A stretch of DNA of 64,000 nucleotides from NCBI RefSeq assembly GCF_009914755.1, contig NC_060927.1; one strand, written 5' to 3'. Both the position numbers and the translations under genes were made by a program. The notes beneath the pieces are model-generated. The model did no database searches, was not told the origin of the DNA, and saw only the letters and a list, made by a program, of their open reading frames with translations. Position 1 is the first letter of the stretch. Each line of letters opens with the position of its first letter. The DNA is from the human T2T-CHM13v2.0 reference genome, Homo sapiens. This document shows, piece by piece, positions 14,521 to 30,739 of this stretch.

Positions 14521-15394
14521 AAAAGTAACGTACTTCTACCCACTTTGTTTCTAAATGGGATTACACTTTTTTAAAAACTAACTTGTGCTTAGCCTACTTC
14601 CAAATATAGGAAAGAAATAATTATTTCATTAAAAAAGTAAAGCCCCTTTCATTCATAAAAGAGCTATACCCCCAATCCTTTTAAATATCTTTGTATTTTT
14701 AAGTTTTTTATTATTCATTGAGTAAACCAAATGTATAGATTATGCCTATCATTAAAATGCTCAATATAGTTTTACCTTTCTTCAAAATTCTCCTCTCTAT
14801 AAACTTTGACATGCCTCCTATTTGCTATATTTCAAGCACATTGTCAATTTTGATGGAATTATATCAGCTATAAAGATGTTATAGATATCAGATATTATGT
14901 GAAGTAAATGCATTTTGCCAGATAATACCATCTGCACCTAAGGAAATATGTGAAGTCATATGGAAGTTCACAGAATAATAAGTAAACTTCGATGTTCATA
15001 TTAGAGATCAGCCTAATAATTTGTGTTCATTCAAACATCTGTGATGTTCAGCTCATTCACGAGTCCCAGGAGATGTGGTACTGCCAATAATTTGTCCTTC
15101 CAGTGTAATAGAGTATAAGAGTAACATGTGTGTTCAACTCCATCAAAATGGATAATGTGCTGGAAAAAAATGTTGTTTGATTTTGGCTAGATATATAAAA
15201 ATTAATTTTATTTAGAAGGGTAATTTTTTGGCGGGGTGGGCTTGCCTGTAATGCGGTAGGCAGGCCTCTCTATGGCCCTGAAAGTGAAGCCTCTTTAGCG
15301 CTTCCTAGCTCCCACTCCCTGCAATGGCTGAGTGGCCAGGAACCCAGGATCTAGCTCCAGAAGCTGAGTGAGCCCACCTTCCTCATTGCTGCAT

Positions 15395-17225
<1,831 letters not shown>

Positions 17226-19323
17226 CAAAATACACAATTATTTTTAGCCCCTTTTTTCTGTTGTTGGTTTTTTTGCCTGAATTACATATAGCCTAGTAAA
17301 TGATTTCATAAGTTGAACGAGTGTGGTTAGGGAAAGGGTTACTGACTTCTATAAATATACATGTATTTGCATACTAAAACATCTCCAAGCCTCCAAGCTT
17401 TAGATATTATCATAAAATTCTTGCTTAAGGAAAAGTATATTTTTGAATTTCATACTCTAATAACCCTAACACCCAATTCATATAGCAACTTATTTATCTG
17501 ATTGTACTAAAATATCCACTGAAACAATAGTTGTAAATTAACATTGATGTAAACATGATTAAGTTTGGAAGAGCATAAACCACATGACATCCTGAGCAGA
17601 AAAAGGAGAAAATTCTCTTTCGGCCCCTTCCAGTATTCTTGCCTTGAACTTTTAAATACAAAAACTTATTTTGTTAACAAAAGCAACCATTCTCCTAAAA
17701 CCAGAGAAGAGCAGTCATGAAAGGATTCACAAAACTAGGGAAATAGTTGCTTATTTTCATGCTTTGACCAACAATCATGGTCTTCCCTTGGATCTGAGTT
17801 TATTTTGGCACAGAAGTGCTATGGAGAAGCTTTCATAGTGATCATGGCCCTAAGAAATTAAAAAACTTATATTTATAGATTTAAAGTTAGAGAATTTACA
17901 CTATAAAATATGGAATTTATTTTCAGTATCTCTTTTGTTGTATAATTTGTTTTTTATTTAGATTGTGTCCTACTGCATATATGTTAAGCCAGGTTATTTT
18001 CATCTGTCTTTTCTTTTTCTGTTCTTAATAGGTATGCAAAGTTTGTCTGGGTGAATATAATTAATTCCTCTAATCTTATGTAAGTCTTTTTCAATTACAG
18101 ATTTTTTTAGAAGGACTTCTGGAATATGTAATAAACCTTTTGCAAATAATCAGTCTTTGATCAGAATTTTTAAAGACGATCCTTGGAGGGCATTTGAAAA
18201 ACAAGGTTTTGTTTTATTTTTTCTGACTCAGGCCTTTTTATGGTACAGTTGCCAGAAATGTCATAAATCTCAAAAAGGCCATTCTTGTCCTGAACCAATT
18301 GACCCTTCAGCGCCGAATCCTCAGCTACCTCAGGAGTCCTACTGGACCTCACTGCCATTTTCTGAATAATTTATGTGATTTACAGTGCCTTGTAAAAAGC
18401 ACTGAAACATCTCTCTGTGTGACTCGTTTGCTTTTAATTTATAGTGACATCTTTTCGTAGTAGTGGAAACTTGCTGAAAAACTTTTCTGAAACATTATGT
18501 TTTTCATTCATACTCACATCACTGTGGCTCAGTTTTCAGTGACCTCAGTTTTCTGCTCTGTTGTTTTTCAAATTAAAAAATACATATGGGCAGTTTCTTG
18601 ACAAAGTCACACATTAAATAACATTACCCATAGATCATTATCCTGTGTGCACTCTGCCATTACCAATGGTTACCTGACCTTTAGAATTAAGGAGAGCATT
18701 ATGAGCATCTATTGAGATATTATAAGCTGTAATATTATTAGCATTTCTTAGGGTCAGCTGTAATGTTTACATTGCAGCTATGCTGGTGTCTCGGAGAAGG
18801 ACACGTGTGGTTGGTAAGTGGCCCTTGTCAAGTCCTCATGATGGTCTGATAATAATAAAGAAAGTAAATGAGGAAAATGCTGTCTGGTTCAGTGAGATAG
18901 GCATCTGTAAAGAAGATTGAGCACATATGAAGTACTGTGCCCTGCAAAGAACATAAGGAGATGCAGAGGGCCTGGCAGGATGGGTACCTCATCATTTAAA
19001 TTAGGCAACCAGGGAAAACACTGAGGATCATCACCTGAACAGGAAGAGGCACATACATTGTTGGCAGAGGAATTTAGATGTGTGGGTTAAGCAGAGCCAG
19101 TATATATTTAAATAAAACAGTTTTCTAATCAGAAGCCTGAAATAAATTAATTAAATTAAATCATATTTAGTCTTCTTCTGAAGGACAATTGTTTCTAGTA
19201 TTTGAAGAATATAATTAGGATGATTTCATGAATGTAATTATCAGCAAAAGTGATTGCATCAAGAACATATGAACCTTGTATGTTTCACTATCGAATTGGG
19301 ATTTTGTGTGGAAGAAGAAATGA

Positions 19324-19639
<316 letters not shown>

Positions 19640-19991
19640 TCAATAAATGTTAGCTATTATTATAATCATCATCATCATCATTATTATTGTTTTCTTCCAC
19701 CTGATGGTTATAATTGTGCTTGGTCAAGTTTACATTGATTCGCATGAAGCTCTTCATTAAAGGTAATAGAAATAAAGAACTCCTTTGTATCCAGCATATT
19801 GTCCCCATACTTGCCCTTTATTTTAGCTATTTAAATCACAAATGGTCCCCTATTAACTTTGATTATTTTATAGCAAACACTTGAACAGTCATCAGAAAAC
19901 CTAGTTTCTAGTTCTATTCTGCCACTCACTATTGTGTGACCTAGAGAGAATCTTATTATTTCTGGGCCACAGTTAGAATAGATGTCTATGA

Positions 19992-20330
<339 letters not shown>

Positions 20331-21301
20331 TAATATTCTATGGGGTAGCTCAAGGGGCAAAATTTCAGGAAAAAAGCATTATAATATATTGCATTCACTT
20401 TTAATCTGTCCTTGGAAGTCACTTCACTTCTGCCTCAAGCAAGACCCACATCTTGTTTGAGGATGTCATTTAAGGGTAGCATTGCAGGCTGCAGAAACTT
20501 CCATTGTATAGTGTCAGAGTTGTGGATATCAAACATTTACTCAGGATTAAAAACGTGGCTTAACCTACTTGGAACTAAAATTGAACTTTAAGAAGCTATT
20601 CTATAACCAAGACATAGATAGTTGTTGTCTTCAAACTAGATTTTACTATTTGTAGTGCCTTTGACCTTCATGCGAATTCCACAGCAAATAGAGTCAACTT
20701 TTTTTAACTGTTTATCCCTGGGCAGTACCATCTGATATGAGTGGTATTCCATCAAAATGTGTTTTTTTCCTGAGGAAGTCTTGCTGTAATACATCATCAG
20801 CATGACAGCTAGTGTATTACATATTACAATAAAACATCCCCAGAGCAAAGGTACATGTGATGATGAATTATGATAATATGTTATTGTCATTATGTTATCA
20901 GCACTCAGAGAATGATTTAGTGAGATACATCATCAGTGAGTGAATATCTGATTTTGTATTACTCAAAAAATGACACCATCATGGAAAACCACAAGCCTGT
21001 TCATTTGATTAATAGGGTTAGTGATATTCCAGTGCCAGAACTCATGTATGGTGGTATATTAAAATGTCCTTTGAAGCTGAAAACAAGTTAAAGAAAGATG
21101 AGTCCATGAGGTGAGGTTGTAAAAGCACTGTCAATTTGAATACTATTACTGTAGACAGAGTGTACAGTTAAGTATAAACCAAAAGTCACCCTTGTCTTTT
21201 ATTCAAACATTTGACAGTGATTTAGTTCTACTTAATTATCTGTAAGCCTGATAACTTCTTTCAAGAAGCTATCTATTGTAAGACCACCGGTTATGCTATA
21301 A

Positions 21302-21613
<312 letters not shown>

Positions 21614-22454
21614 CAGGTGACACTTTATAACGATATGCATTAATGCCCAAAATCACTGAACCAAACCAGACATATCACTAAACTTTGTTGTTGAGTGACA
21701 GCTAATTTATTCAGGATATAAACTGATCACTTTTCTTATAGAATCTTCTTTTGCACAGAACCTTGTACACATTAGGCACTGAAAAGATATTTACCAAGTT
21801 GAATCGATGATTTTTCACATAACTTTCTATATTCAAAATCACAGAAATCACAAGTCTGACACCAAACTTAAATTAGAATAGCCAGACACCATGGATTGCA
21901 AATAGAAAACAACTTCATTTTTCCCCAACACTGCTTGTTCCATCACGGTCTCATGAGCTAGTCATTCTGTATCTTGCCACTGCTTTCTAGCTAAGGTCTC
22001 AGACCCATTCATAGTGTGAGGGGCTATGAGAGGGAGAACAGAGAGCAGGATAGATCTTACTCCATTGGTGCTCTCTTGATCTGGCATTGATGCCCTCTGA
22101 GCTTGCTGAGTAATTAAAACTGACTTTTTCTCTCATGGAATTCTTTCACAGGTTCTTTGAGGACCTCCTTTCACTCATTATGCAAGTTTTTCCTCAAGAT
22201 GTCTTAACATTCTGTACCTTTTAGTGCTTATGACTTACGTTTACCTCATTAATCTCTGTTTTCTAGCTATCATTCCCTTCTGTATTGGCACCAACTTACC
22301 CTAATAGGCATCTTATACTTTTGGACAAAATCCCTTTGAAGAAAACCTCTAAGCTGGCCCCACCTCATAAGAACCATATCTGATTCACAGAAAATAGATT
22401 CTTCTGGCACAGAAGAATGTATTCTTCTAGCAAAAACACAGCTAGATCCTAACA

Positions 22455-22680
22455 TAATAATAATTATAATAACTAAATTTTACTGAGTGTGTACTATGGT
22501 CCAAGCGTTGCTACATGTGTTAACTTATTAAACTTCCTCAAAAGAGGAGGGTAGTATTATTATCCTCATTTTACAGATGAAGAAACTGAGGCATAAAGAA
22601 ACTAATTTACCCACTGTGACAAGACCCACTGTTGGGAAAGCCAAGCCTCAACCATTGCTGGCCACAGTGTCAGTGTGCAG
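22455..22680 (-). mobile_element. MIR
   Basis: MIR core attatcctcattttacagatgaagaaactgaggca. Confidence 0.85.
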
Positions 22681-23756
22681 GCTCTTTGCGATACATAATT
22701 GTAAATTTAGTATTAGCACTCAATACTAAATTTAGTTTTAAAACTAGCAAAATATGGTTGTTCATCATTAGAACAGGTATTAATCAGTCAGTGCCTCACC
22801 TTTAAGCTTTTCCAGGCATAGACTCAAAACAAGTTCGTTGTATTTTCCTAAACCTCATCAGTGAATGAAATTTCTCCCCGTGGTCCTATTACAGCTCCTC
22901 ACTGAATTTGAAATGAGGGGCGCCACAACACTCAAGCTGTGTTCTCCAAAAATAGTTATTTGTATCCCAGCCTTTTCTACCACAGTGATCTGGGCATGGA
23001 GCAATGGGTAACAAAACCAGTGTATTAGTTTCATTGTTTTTAAATTTCCTTTTCAAGCCTTGGAATAATGTAGGATAGGTTTATAATTTAGAATACTTGC
23101 TTATTATTAGTTTTTCTCTCCTTGGCCTTTTGGAGCCTCAGCCAAAATTGAGACAGAAAGAGTACTATTTTAACATCCTTTAATAAAAATAAAGGACATT
23201 TTCTGTAACCCAAAAGGCAAGGAAATGAGAATGTATGGCTTCTAGGAACAAGTGGGATGCTTCTTAGTCCGTCATGAAAACCTTAAAAGATGAATGTGTC
23301 ACAGACCTCAAGAAATGTTTCAGGGTCATGAAAGGCATTTTTACTTCAGTTGATTTATGCGTGCAATTTCAGTAGGGCAGCCTGTGCTAGAGTGCTTCCA
23401 GGGATCCACTGGTTAGATCATGATGAAGGTGGCATCAAACTGTCACTGTTCAATTTGGCTTGGAGGTGTGTTATCAATTTCTGAAGCATCTAATATACTC
23501 GACTGAGCTGACAGGATGTGGCACATTGTGGGTCCCAGCAATCATTTTATGTCAATCTGTCCCATAGGTTAGGGTGCTGCTGGCTTTCCTCCCCAAACTG
23601 CTTCCACCTAAAACTTCCCAAGTTGACTCCCAAAATAGGTTGACTATTCACACCTGTTTTATACTCAGCGCCTGGCCCTAGTTTTATTGGCATGTTAAGA
23701 GAAGTGAAGTAAAATATTAATGATTTTTAAAGACAAAAACAAAGCATTAAAAGTAG

Positions 23757-24072
<316 letters not shown>

Positions 24073-24409
24073 AGCCAATATATGTTTTCTTCATCTACTT
24101 ACTAATAAAGAAATAGACATTTTCTTCAGAAGAAAAAAATGCATGATAATCAAACTGCTTCACAATCTATTTCTTGAATTAAAGGTTTTTTTTTTTTGTA
24201 AAACCGTATTTTGCCAACTACAAATTCCTCTTCCTTGTGGGAAGGAAGTTTACCTAAACTTGTCTTCTGTCTCTGAAGGCTGAAAAAGGAAATTCTAGTG
24301 CTTAAAAATGTGACACAATAAATTTCAGGATAACACAATAGAGTTAATGTGTAAAGCTCTGTACATTTATAGGACATTTTTATTCACGGTATTTTATTGC
24401 ATTTTGACA

Positions 24410-25370
24410 AAAGGAGAGCAGTATTATATAAAGAAAAAGTACTGGTTTGAACTCTGAAGCCTGCATCTAAATCTTGAATATGGCAATTATCGGGCATGTG
24501 GCCCTCGACAATTTTCCTGCTCTTTCTGACCTTCATTTTCCTTGTCTGAAAATGGTGACAATCATTTTATTAACCATAAGTAAACTGAGTATAGGATCTC
24601 TGCCTTATTTATTTTTGTATCCACAAGTCCTCGCACGGTGCCTGCCAAACGGTTCCTGCCAATAAATTTGTCATGACAAGTAAATATGTCTGTGAAGAAT
24701 TATTATCTCTCATTTACAGATTAGCAGATTGAAGCTTAAGATGTTTAAATGGCCCAGTGTTACACAACCAGTAAGGAAAATGCTATGGTCAGTTGTGAGA
24801 ACAGGATCAAATTCTGGAAATTGTGACATATGTGGAGTCCAAAGCAGAAGCATTAATCACTGTAAAAGAGAATATCCAGATGCATATAGACGAGCAGGGT
24901 TCAGAAACACATACTTCTGGTTGTTCCATTGTGATAACTAGTTTGCTCCTCTTCACTTCCTGCAGATACTGACAATTAGTAACAAGTACTATGATGCAGC
25001 CCCTCTTGGTGATAAAGAATATAGGACAGGTATAATATATAGTTTCTCATTTTGAAATTCAAAAATGTTTTCATGAGTATATTCTACATAGTGTTCAGCA
25101 GAGACACTAATATGAAAAAGAAATAATACTAATAATTATTCTTACATGAGCACAACACTGTTGCAAGCACTTTGGGTGCATTCTCTCCTTTAATCCACCC
25201 AACAATCCTATAAGGTACTGTCATTATCTTCACTTCATAGATGAGAAAATTGAAGTATTGAGAGGTAAAGAAATTTGCTAAAAACCTCAGAGCCCATAAG
25301 TTGTGGAGCTAGGATTCGGATGTAAGCAGTGTGGTTCAAGAATCTTAACTCTTAACTTCTGTACTTTACT
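24410..25370. mobile_element. Cluster of MIR and L2 3'-end fragments
   Basis: MIR cores at about 24530 (+), 24710 (-) and 25220 (-); L2 tail near 24600-24670. Confidence 0.7.
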
Positions 25371-28300
25371 GCACCGTGTGGTGGGTAGAGAAACATAGGA
25401 CACAATAACGGGAATCTGATAAACAGTTCCCAAGTCCAACATAGAAATTAAAACTTAAAACTGAGCAAGAATATAAGGCCTGTACGAATAAGCTATGTTC
25501 ACAGAATGACCAAGAAACGTCTAGAAAACTTATGAAAATTAACTCCTTTTTAACCACTACTTCCCTTATGCCACCATTTTCTATAACACATGTTCATATA
25601 AGCATTTAACAAAATGTACTTTGTCTGAACTTGCCTAATGACTAGAATAAGTTCCCTGAATTTTTAAGGGATGGCAGAAATATTGATTATTTGGCAATTG
25701 CCTCAGCCCAAGTTCCCTGGAAAACAGAACTTCAGAATTTTAAATGATGATGCTTTATTTTGGAAGTACAAAACCAGGGCAACTGGATGGAGGGAAAATG
25801 GAAGTTTAGCAAGAAAGAATGTGAAGCAATACCACAACATATTACTGTGTTTGCTACTTCTTCATGTGGACCACAAAAAGCACAGCAATTAAGAGATGTG
25901 TTCGCTAACCATGAAGAACTTCTCCAAATGAGCTGTATGGAGAAAACACGCTTCAAAACCATTCATGTATGAAGAAAATGTGCTTCAAAACCACTCATGG
26001 AAAGAAGCAAGAAAGATGTTGCTGTAGAACTCTTTTCTGTCTCCTGTTCTCCAGTGACCAAAGTTCGCCATATTATGAATTAATTCCCCCGCGCTTCCAA
26101 GTTGAATGAAGTGTCTCCTTCGATGACCATGTGGGATGCCAGATACCACATTCTTCAGGGCTGTGTCACTGAAGTCCAGAAGTGGTAGAAGTCACAAATT
26201 CTGAGCTGCTGGACCTGGCTGGGTAGAGGTGAACCTGGCACTCCTAAGACAAGTGCCCATCAGCTCTCAAGGGTGGAAGTATTATCTAAGAAGCAGATAA
26301 AGCTAATGTAAGCTGACCCATTATTCCGTAATATTTGTGTAACTTTTAGGAAATCAACTTTAGCTTAGCTGAACAGAATATCTAAAGTCAAGGCTGCTAA
26401 CAAAGAACTATCTCTTTTAAGGTACAACACCACCTAGGGTGTGGGATATGGAGGAAAAAGAAATACACCACACACACATACAGTACACATATAAAATATA
26501 TGCATATATGTATATTATGTAAAATTGCCTTTGATATTACAAAATATTCAGTTCTGCATATTATAATCTAATCACAATCAATAGATGTACAAAGATGTAA
26601 TTTTCTCTGCAAATTAGATGTGGTTTTTCAGAGCCAGCGTTCCCATCACTGGTAGACCAGTGCAGGCCAACCCTGACACAGCAGGGAAAAGAATGGGAAA
26701 GACATTAGGAAGGAATAGAATATTAGGCAACTCCACACAGGCCAAAGTCCAGGAGGCAGGTAGGTTGTGTCAGAGAGTGAAGAGAAGGATGTCCCTGTTG
26801 GTGAGAAGAGCACAGTATCCAGAGCATCTGTCAGTGGGTAATAAGTGGTTGTTCAGGAATGCAAACAATTTTTGTACTAGGCATAGTCTAAGTATTTTAG
26901 TGTGAAGGATTCCAGTATGAGTTTATTCTAATGGAACCTATAAACCAAATAGAGGAGGACAAATGTCCATATATGAGAAATGGACAGAGATTGGTCTGAA
27001 AGAACCAAGCAGGAGCTAATAGACAAAAGGATACCCACATGGTGATTCAGTGTTAAGTCTTACAGCTTTACAAGCTCCCTGTGTGGAGATAGTAGGGGTC
27101 CCAAAGCCTAAGAAAGAGCTCAGTATTGGCTGAATGTTCCATCTTGGGAGGATCAGAGGGTTTTGGGGGCAAGGAGTCAGATTAAAGGGACAGATGCATC
27201 ATTTAATTACTAAGTTTCCTGAATTGGAGTGCATTAACAGTTATATCCTTTCAGCAAAAAATGTATTAAGCACTTATTATATCTGATATCTAATACATAT
27301 TTTGCATTAACAACTAATAAAAATTCTATACTCTCGTATATTTTGATAGTCTAACATATTTATCTTCATCATGGATTATGGGTCATATATATGTATATAT
27401 ATATATATAATATCATTTCAAATAGTAAATTGTAATATGAGTACTATTTGCATTTGTCTGACAATGATATACCTACCTTCTTTTTTTATATATACCTACC
27501 TTCTTGACTATTGTATAGTATAATTTATACTTGTTGTTTCACATTCAGATTTATCTCTAATCCTTTCTTTCTTCTTTTCCATAACCCCTCAACTATAATG
27601 CAATCAATTCCTTAAATCATGGGTGATAGGAACAATGTATAGTGATTCCAAGCCATTTCCTCAAATTTATAAATTGAGTGCCAAGTTGAAAATAATATCA
27701 GGTATCTACATTTCCATTTAAATGTTCTCAAAGGTGGCCATTCCTGACAACTGGCAAGAGTATCCTGCTCTGACAGTCTGACCCTTACACTCCCATTAAA
27801 TATAAAAACAGATCTGAATCTTTCACCCAGTTGTACTGTCAAGGCTAGTGTAACTTGCCTGTCATATAAAGCTCTTTGAATCAGCCTGCCAAGAAAATAT
27901 GATTGTAGTACAAATTTTAGCATTCAGAAATATTCACTCCCCTTTCACTTACATGGATTTTGAGGGTCAAAACTATGCATTTTTATCAGGTGTTTTATTA
28001 TCTTTCAACTTTTGTGAAGATCAATGTGTTAGAATAAAGAACTTTTTTCTCCTTTAATGCCAAAGTGATTTGGTATAAGGGAAATACTAATGAGCCATTA
28101 TATTACTTATTGAAAGTTCCCATTTGACAAAATGAGAAAGTTTTATGTAAAGGATGGATGCAATCTTTAAATTCCATAATGCTTTTGGAAACTAAGCACC
28201 TGGTCAAAATAGATGAGCACTTAGAAAAGGGATAAAAAATATGGAACTTTGAATTTTCTTAGAAACCTGATGCTTCTTCAGCAAAAACAGAAACTAAAAC

Positions 28301-29928
28301 TTCTGACATAAATGTAGCACAGAGAGAAACTTTTTCCCCATTCATTTTAAATATAATTGTGCTTATTATAATGCCTAATGATGATGGATGTTTGCATTTT
28401 TCTGTTATATAACAGTACTGCAATTCAATCACTATTTCTCTTATTATCATCATACCAGCGTAACCACTGGTACTTTTAGCAGGTAGCATGTAGGTCATTC
28501 TGGCTTCAACCCATGGATTCATTGAATCACTTTTATTTATTTATTTTTTTTACAGGTTAGATTGTAAACTCCATCATTTAACAGAATGAACTATTAAAAT
28601 GTCTAGGATGTTATCTTAAAACAAACAAAAATCATAAATAAAGAAACCCAACTTGAACAGAGTTAGACTATTGACCCCATTTTATCATCAATAGCATGAA
28701 CACCCACTGTACTAAATGTAAGAAGTCTCCGTTTCCTTAAATTATACAAGTTAATATTTTCTTTTTAAGAGATACTCAGGGAAGGGAGGGTGAGATCATT
28801 TTAGGGCTCATGAGAAAGAAAGATTGACAGCACTGGCTGAAGTCAGGCAGAAAGCAGTCAGCCCTCGGGAAGCATTTCTGACAGCTACGCTAATGCACTA
28901 CAGAGCTGACGTGAAACTTCCTCTAGATTCCTAAAAGAAGCCATTTGGGAAGAGCCTGTTGATAATGCAAAACTGGGCCAAACGGTTCTGGTTGTGGACT
29001 GCTAGCAAAAGTCTACCCAAGACTAACGGGAAATGACTGACCTCATGTTTCAAATGAAAAATATGAGTATAGCTATCCTCAAATGAAAGGAGCTTTCCCA
29101 CAAATTAGGATGTTATTTTTAAAAACAGCATATTGGATTTAACATCTCAGGTATTTTCCTACAAGTAGGTAGTTTTTTTCTTCTTGAATTCTCAGGGCTC
29201 TGCTTAAAGTTCAATTTTGTTTACCAGAAAAGTATAAGAACAAGTTTAATGCTGTAAAAGTTGTTTACTTAGAGCAATAATATGACAAACAGAACTGAAT
29301 AAATAGCAACTTACACATCATATAAAGTTTTCCAGCCAACATTGGCTGTAAAATCACCAGTGAACTAGAAAACAAAACAAAATACAAAAATCAGGCTGAA
29401 GGATATAGATGAAAACCACCTTATCAAAAGCACAATCACATATATTATCTTGTTTTGTGCCTCAATAATGGATGAAGTTCATGGTAACAGTAACTGCTGT
29501 TTTTGATTCCTTGAATTGGTTCAGCAACTTGACCTTGGGTCCATTTAACATTGAGCACATGTGAAGTCCTTTGCCCTGAGCAAATTTGTTTTCAGGGGGA
29601 AAAAAGTAAAAATTGTTCGTATAGAATTTCATAACTGAGAGCACTAAAAAACAACCTTTCTGAGTGAAATTTCTTTCTTTCTCATTCCCAGTACATATAT
29701 ATATATGTGAGAAAGCAAAATGAACAAAACAAAACAAAAACAAAAGTTGAATACTTTTCCTTCTTGCCCTTCAGGTAAACTACTTACACTAGAATTTTTA
29801 ATATAGACTAAATTATATAAAACATATGAATTAAATAGGAAAAAGTGGATTGCTTTTTAAATATGGCATTATTAATTTTAAATATCTATAGAAAATCTTT
29901 CTAGTCTAATTAGCAAGTCCTTAGAGGA

Positions 29929-30397
29929 TGTGATGATTAATTTTATGTGTAAACTTGACTGGCCTAAGGGATGCCTGGACATCTGGTAAAACATTATTTC
30001 TGGGTGCAACCATGAGGATGTTGCAGGAAGAAATTAGCATTTGAATCAGCAGACAGCAAAGAAGATCTGCCCTCATCAACATGGGTGATGGGTGGGTATC
30101 ACCCAATCCATTGAGACCTTGGATAGAACAAAAAGGCAGAGGAACGGTGAATTCTCTTTCTCTTCTGGACCTGGGATATCCATCTTTTCCTCCTCAGACA
30201 ACAGAGCTCCTGATTCTCAGGCCTTCAAACTCTGACTGAATTGTACCATCAGCTTTCCTGGTTTTCCCTCTTGCCGATGACCTATCATGGGACTTCTAGG
30301 CCTCCATAATTATGTGAGCCATTTCTCATAATAAATATCCTCATATATCTGTCCATATCCTATTGGTTCTCTTTCTCTGAAGAACTTGACTGATACA
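29929..30397 (+). mobile_element. MLT2 (ERVL) solo LTR
   Basis: tgtgatgattaattttatgtg...tgactgataca termini; TSD GAGGA/GAGTA. Confidence 0.9.
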
Positions 30398-30739
30398 GAG
30401 TATTTTCCCTAATACATAAATTTAAAGTGAATGTAAATGGTGCTTCTATAGTATGTGATGGTCTTCAAAAAGACAATTTTTCTAAATTTTTTTATTATGT
30501 TCCTTGTAATTTTTACATGACTAACTTTGACTCTCTATTTAGATTATTTAAAGCAGAGTAAATGGCATCCCGTTTTTATCTGTAATATGGGAAATATTAA
30601 ATCATGACTGAAATAGATATATTTAATGTATAAAAATGTGGTGTCATGTGAATATTACAGAATTATGAAGTAATGTTACTAACTTTCTAGACATGGCAAG
30701 ATTTTCTTATCTACTCTCCTATTTTCCTTCTATTTCCCC

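Noticed and set aside
15230-15392. U3, SNORA70 or hammerhead identity for the GC-rich insert
   Set aside because: Only scattered ~10-nt matches, not collinear; no intact box motifs or CUGANGA/GAAA core.
25671-25972. Overlapping ~70-aa ORFs in unique-looking DNA
   Set aside because: No recognisable domain or convincing exon structure; length is within chance expectation.
27467-27506. Short direct duplications (also near 13868, 17385, 40485, 48563 and 54862)
   Set aside because: Ordinary slippage-type micro-duplications with no array structure.
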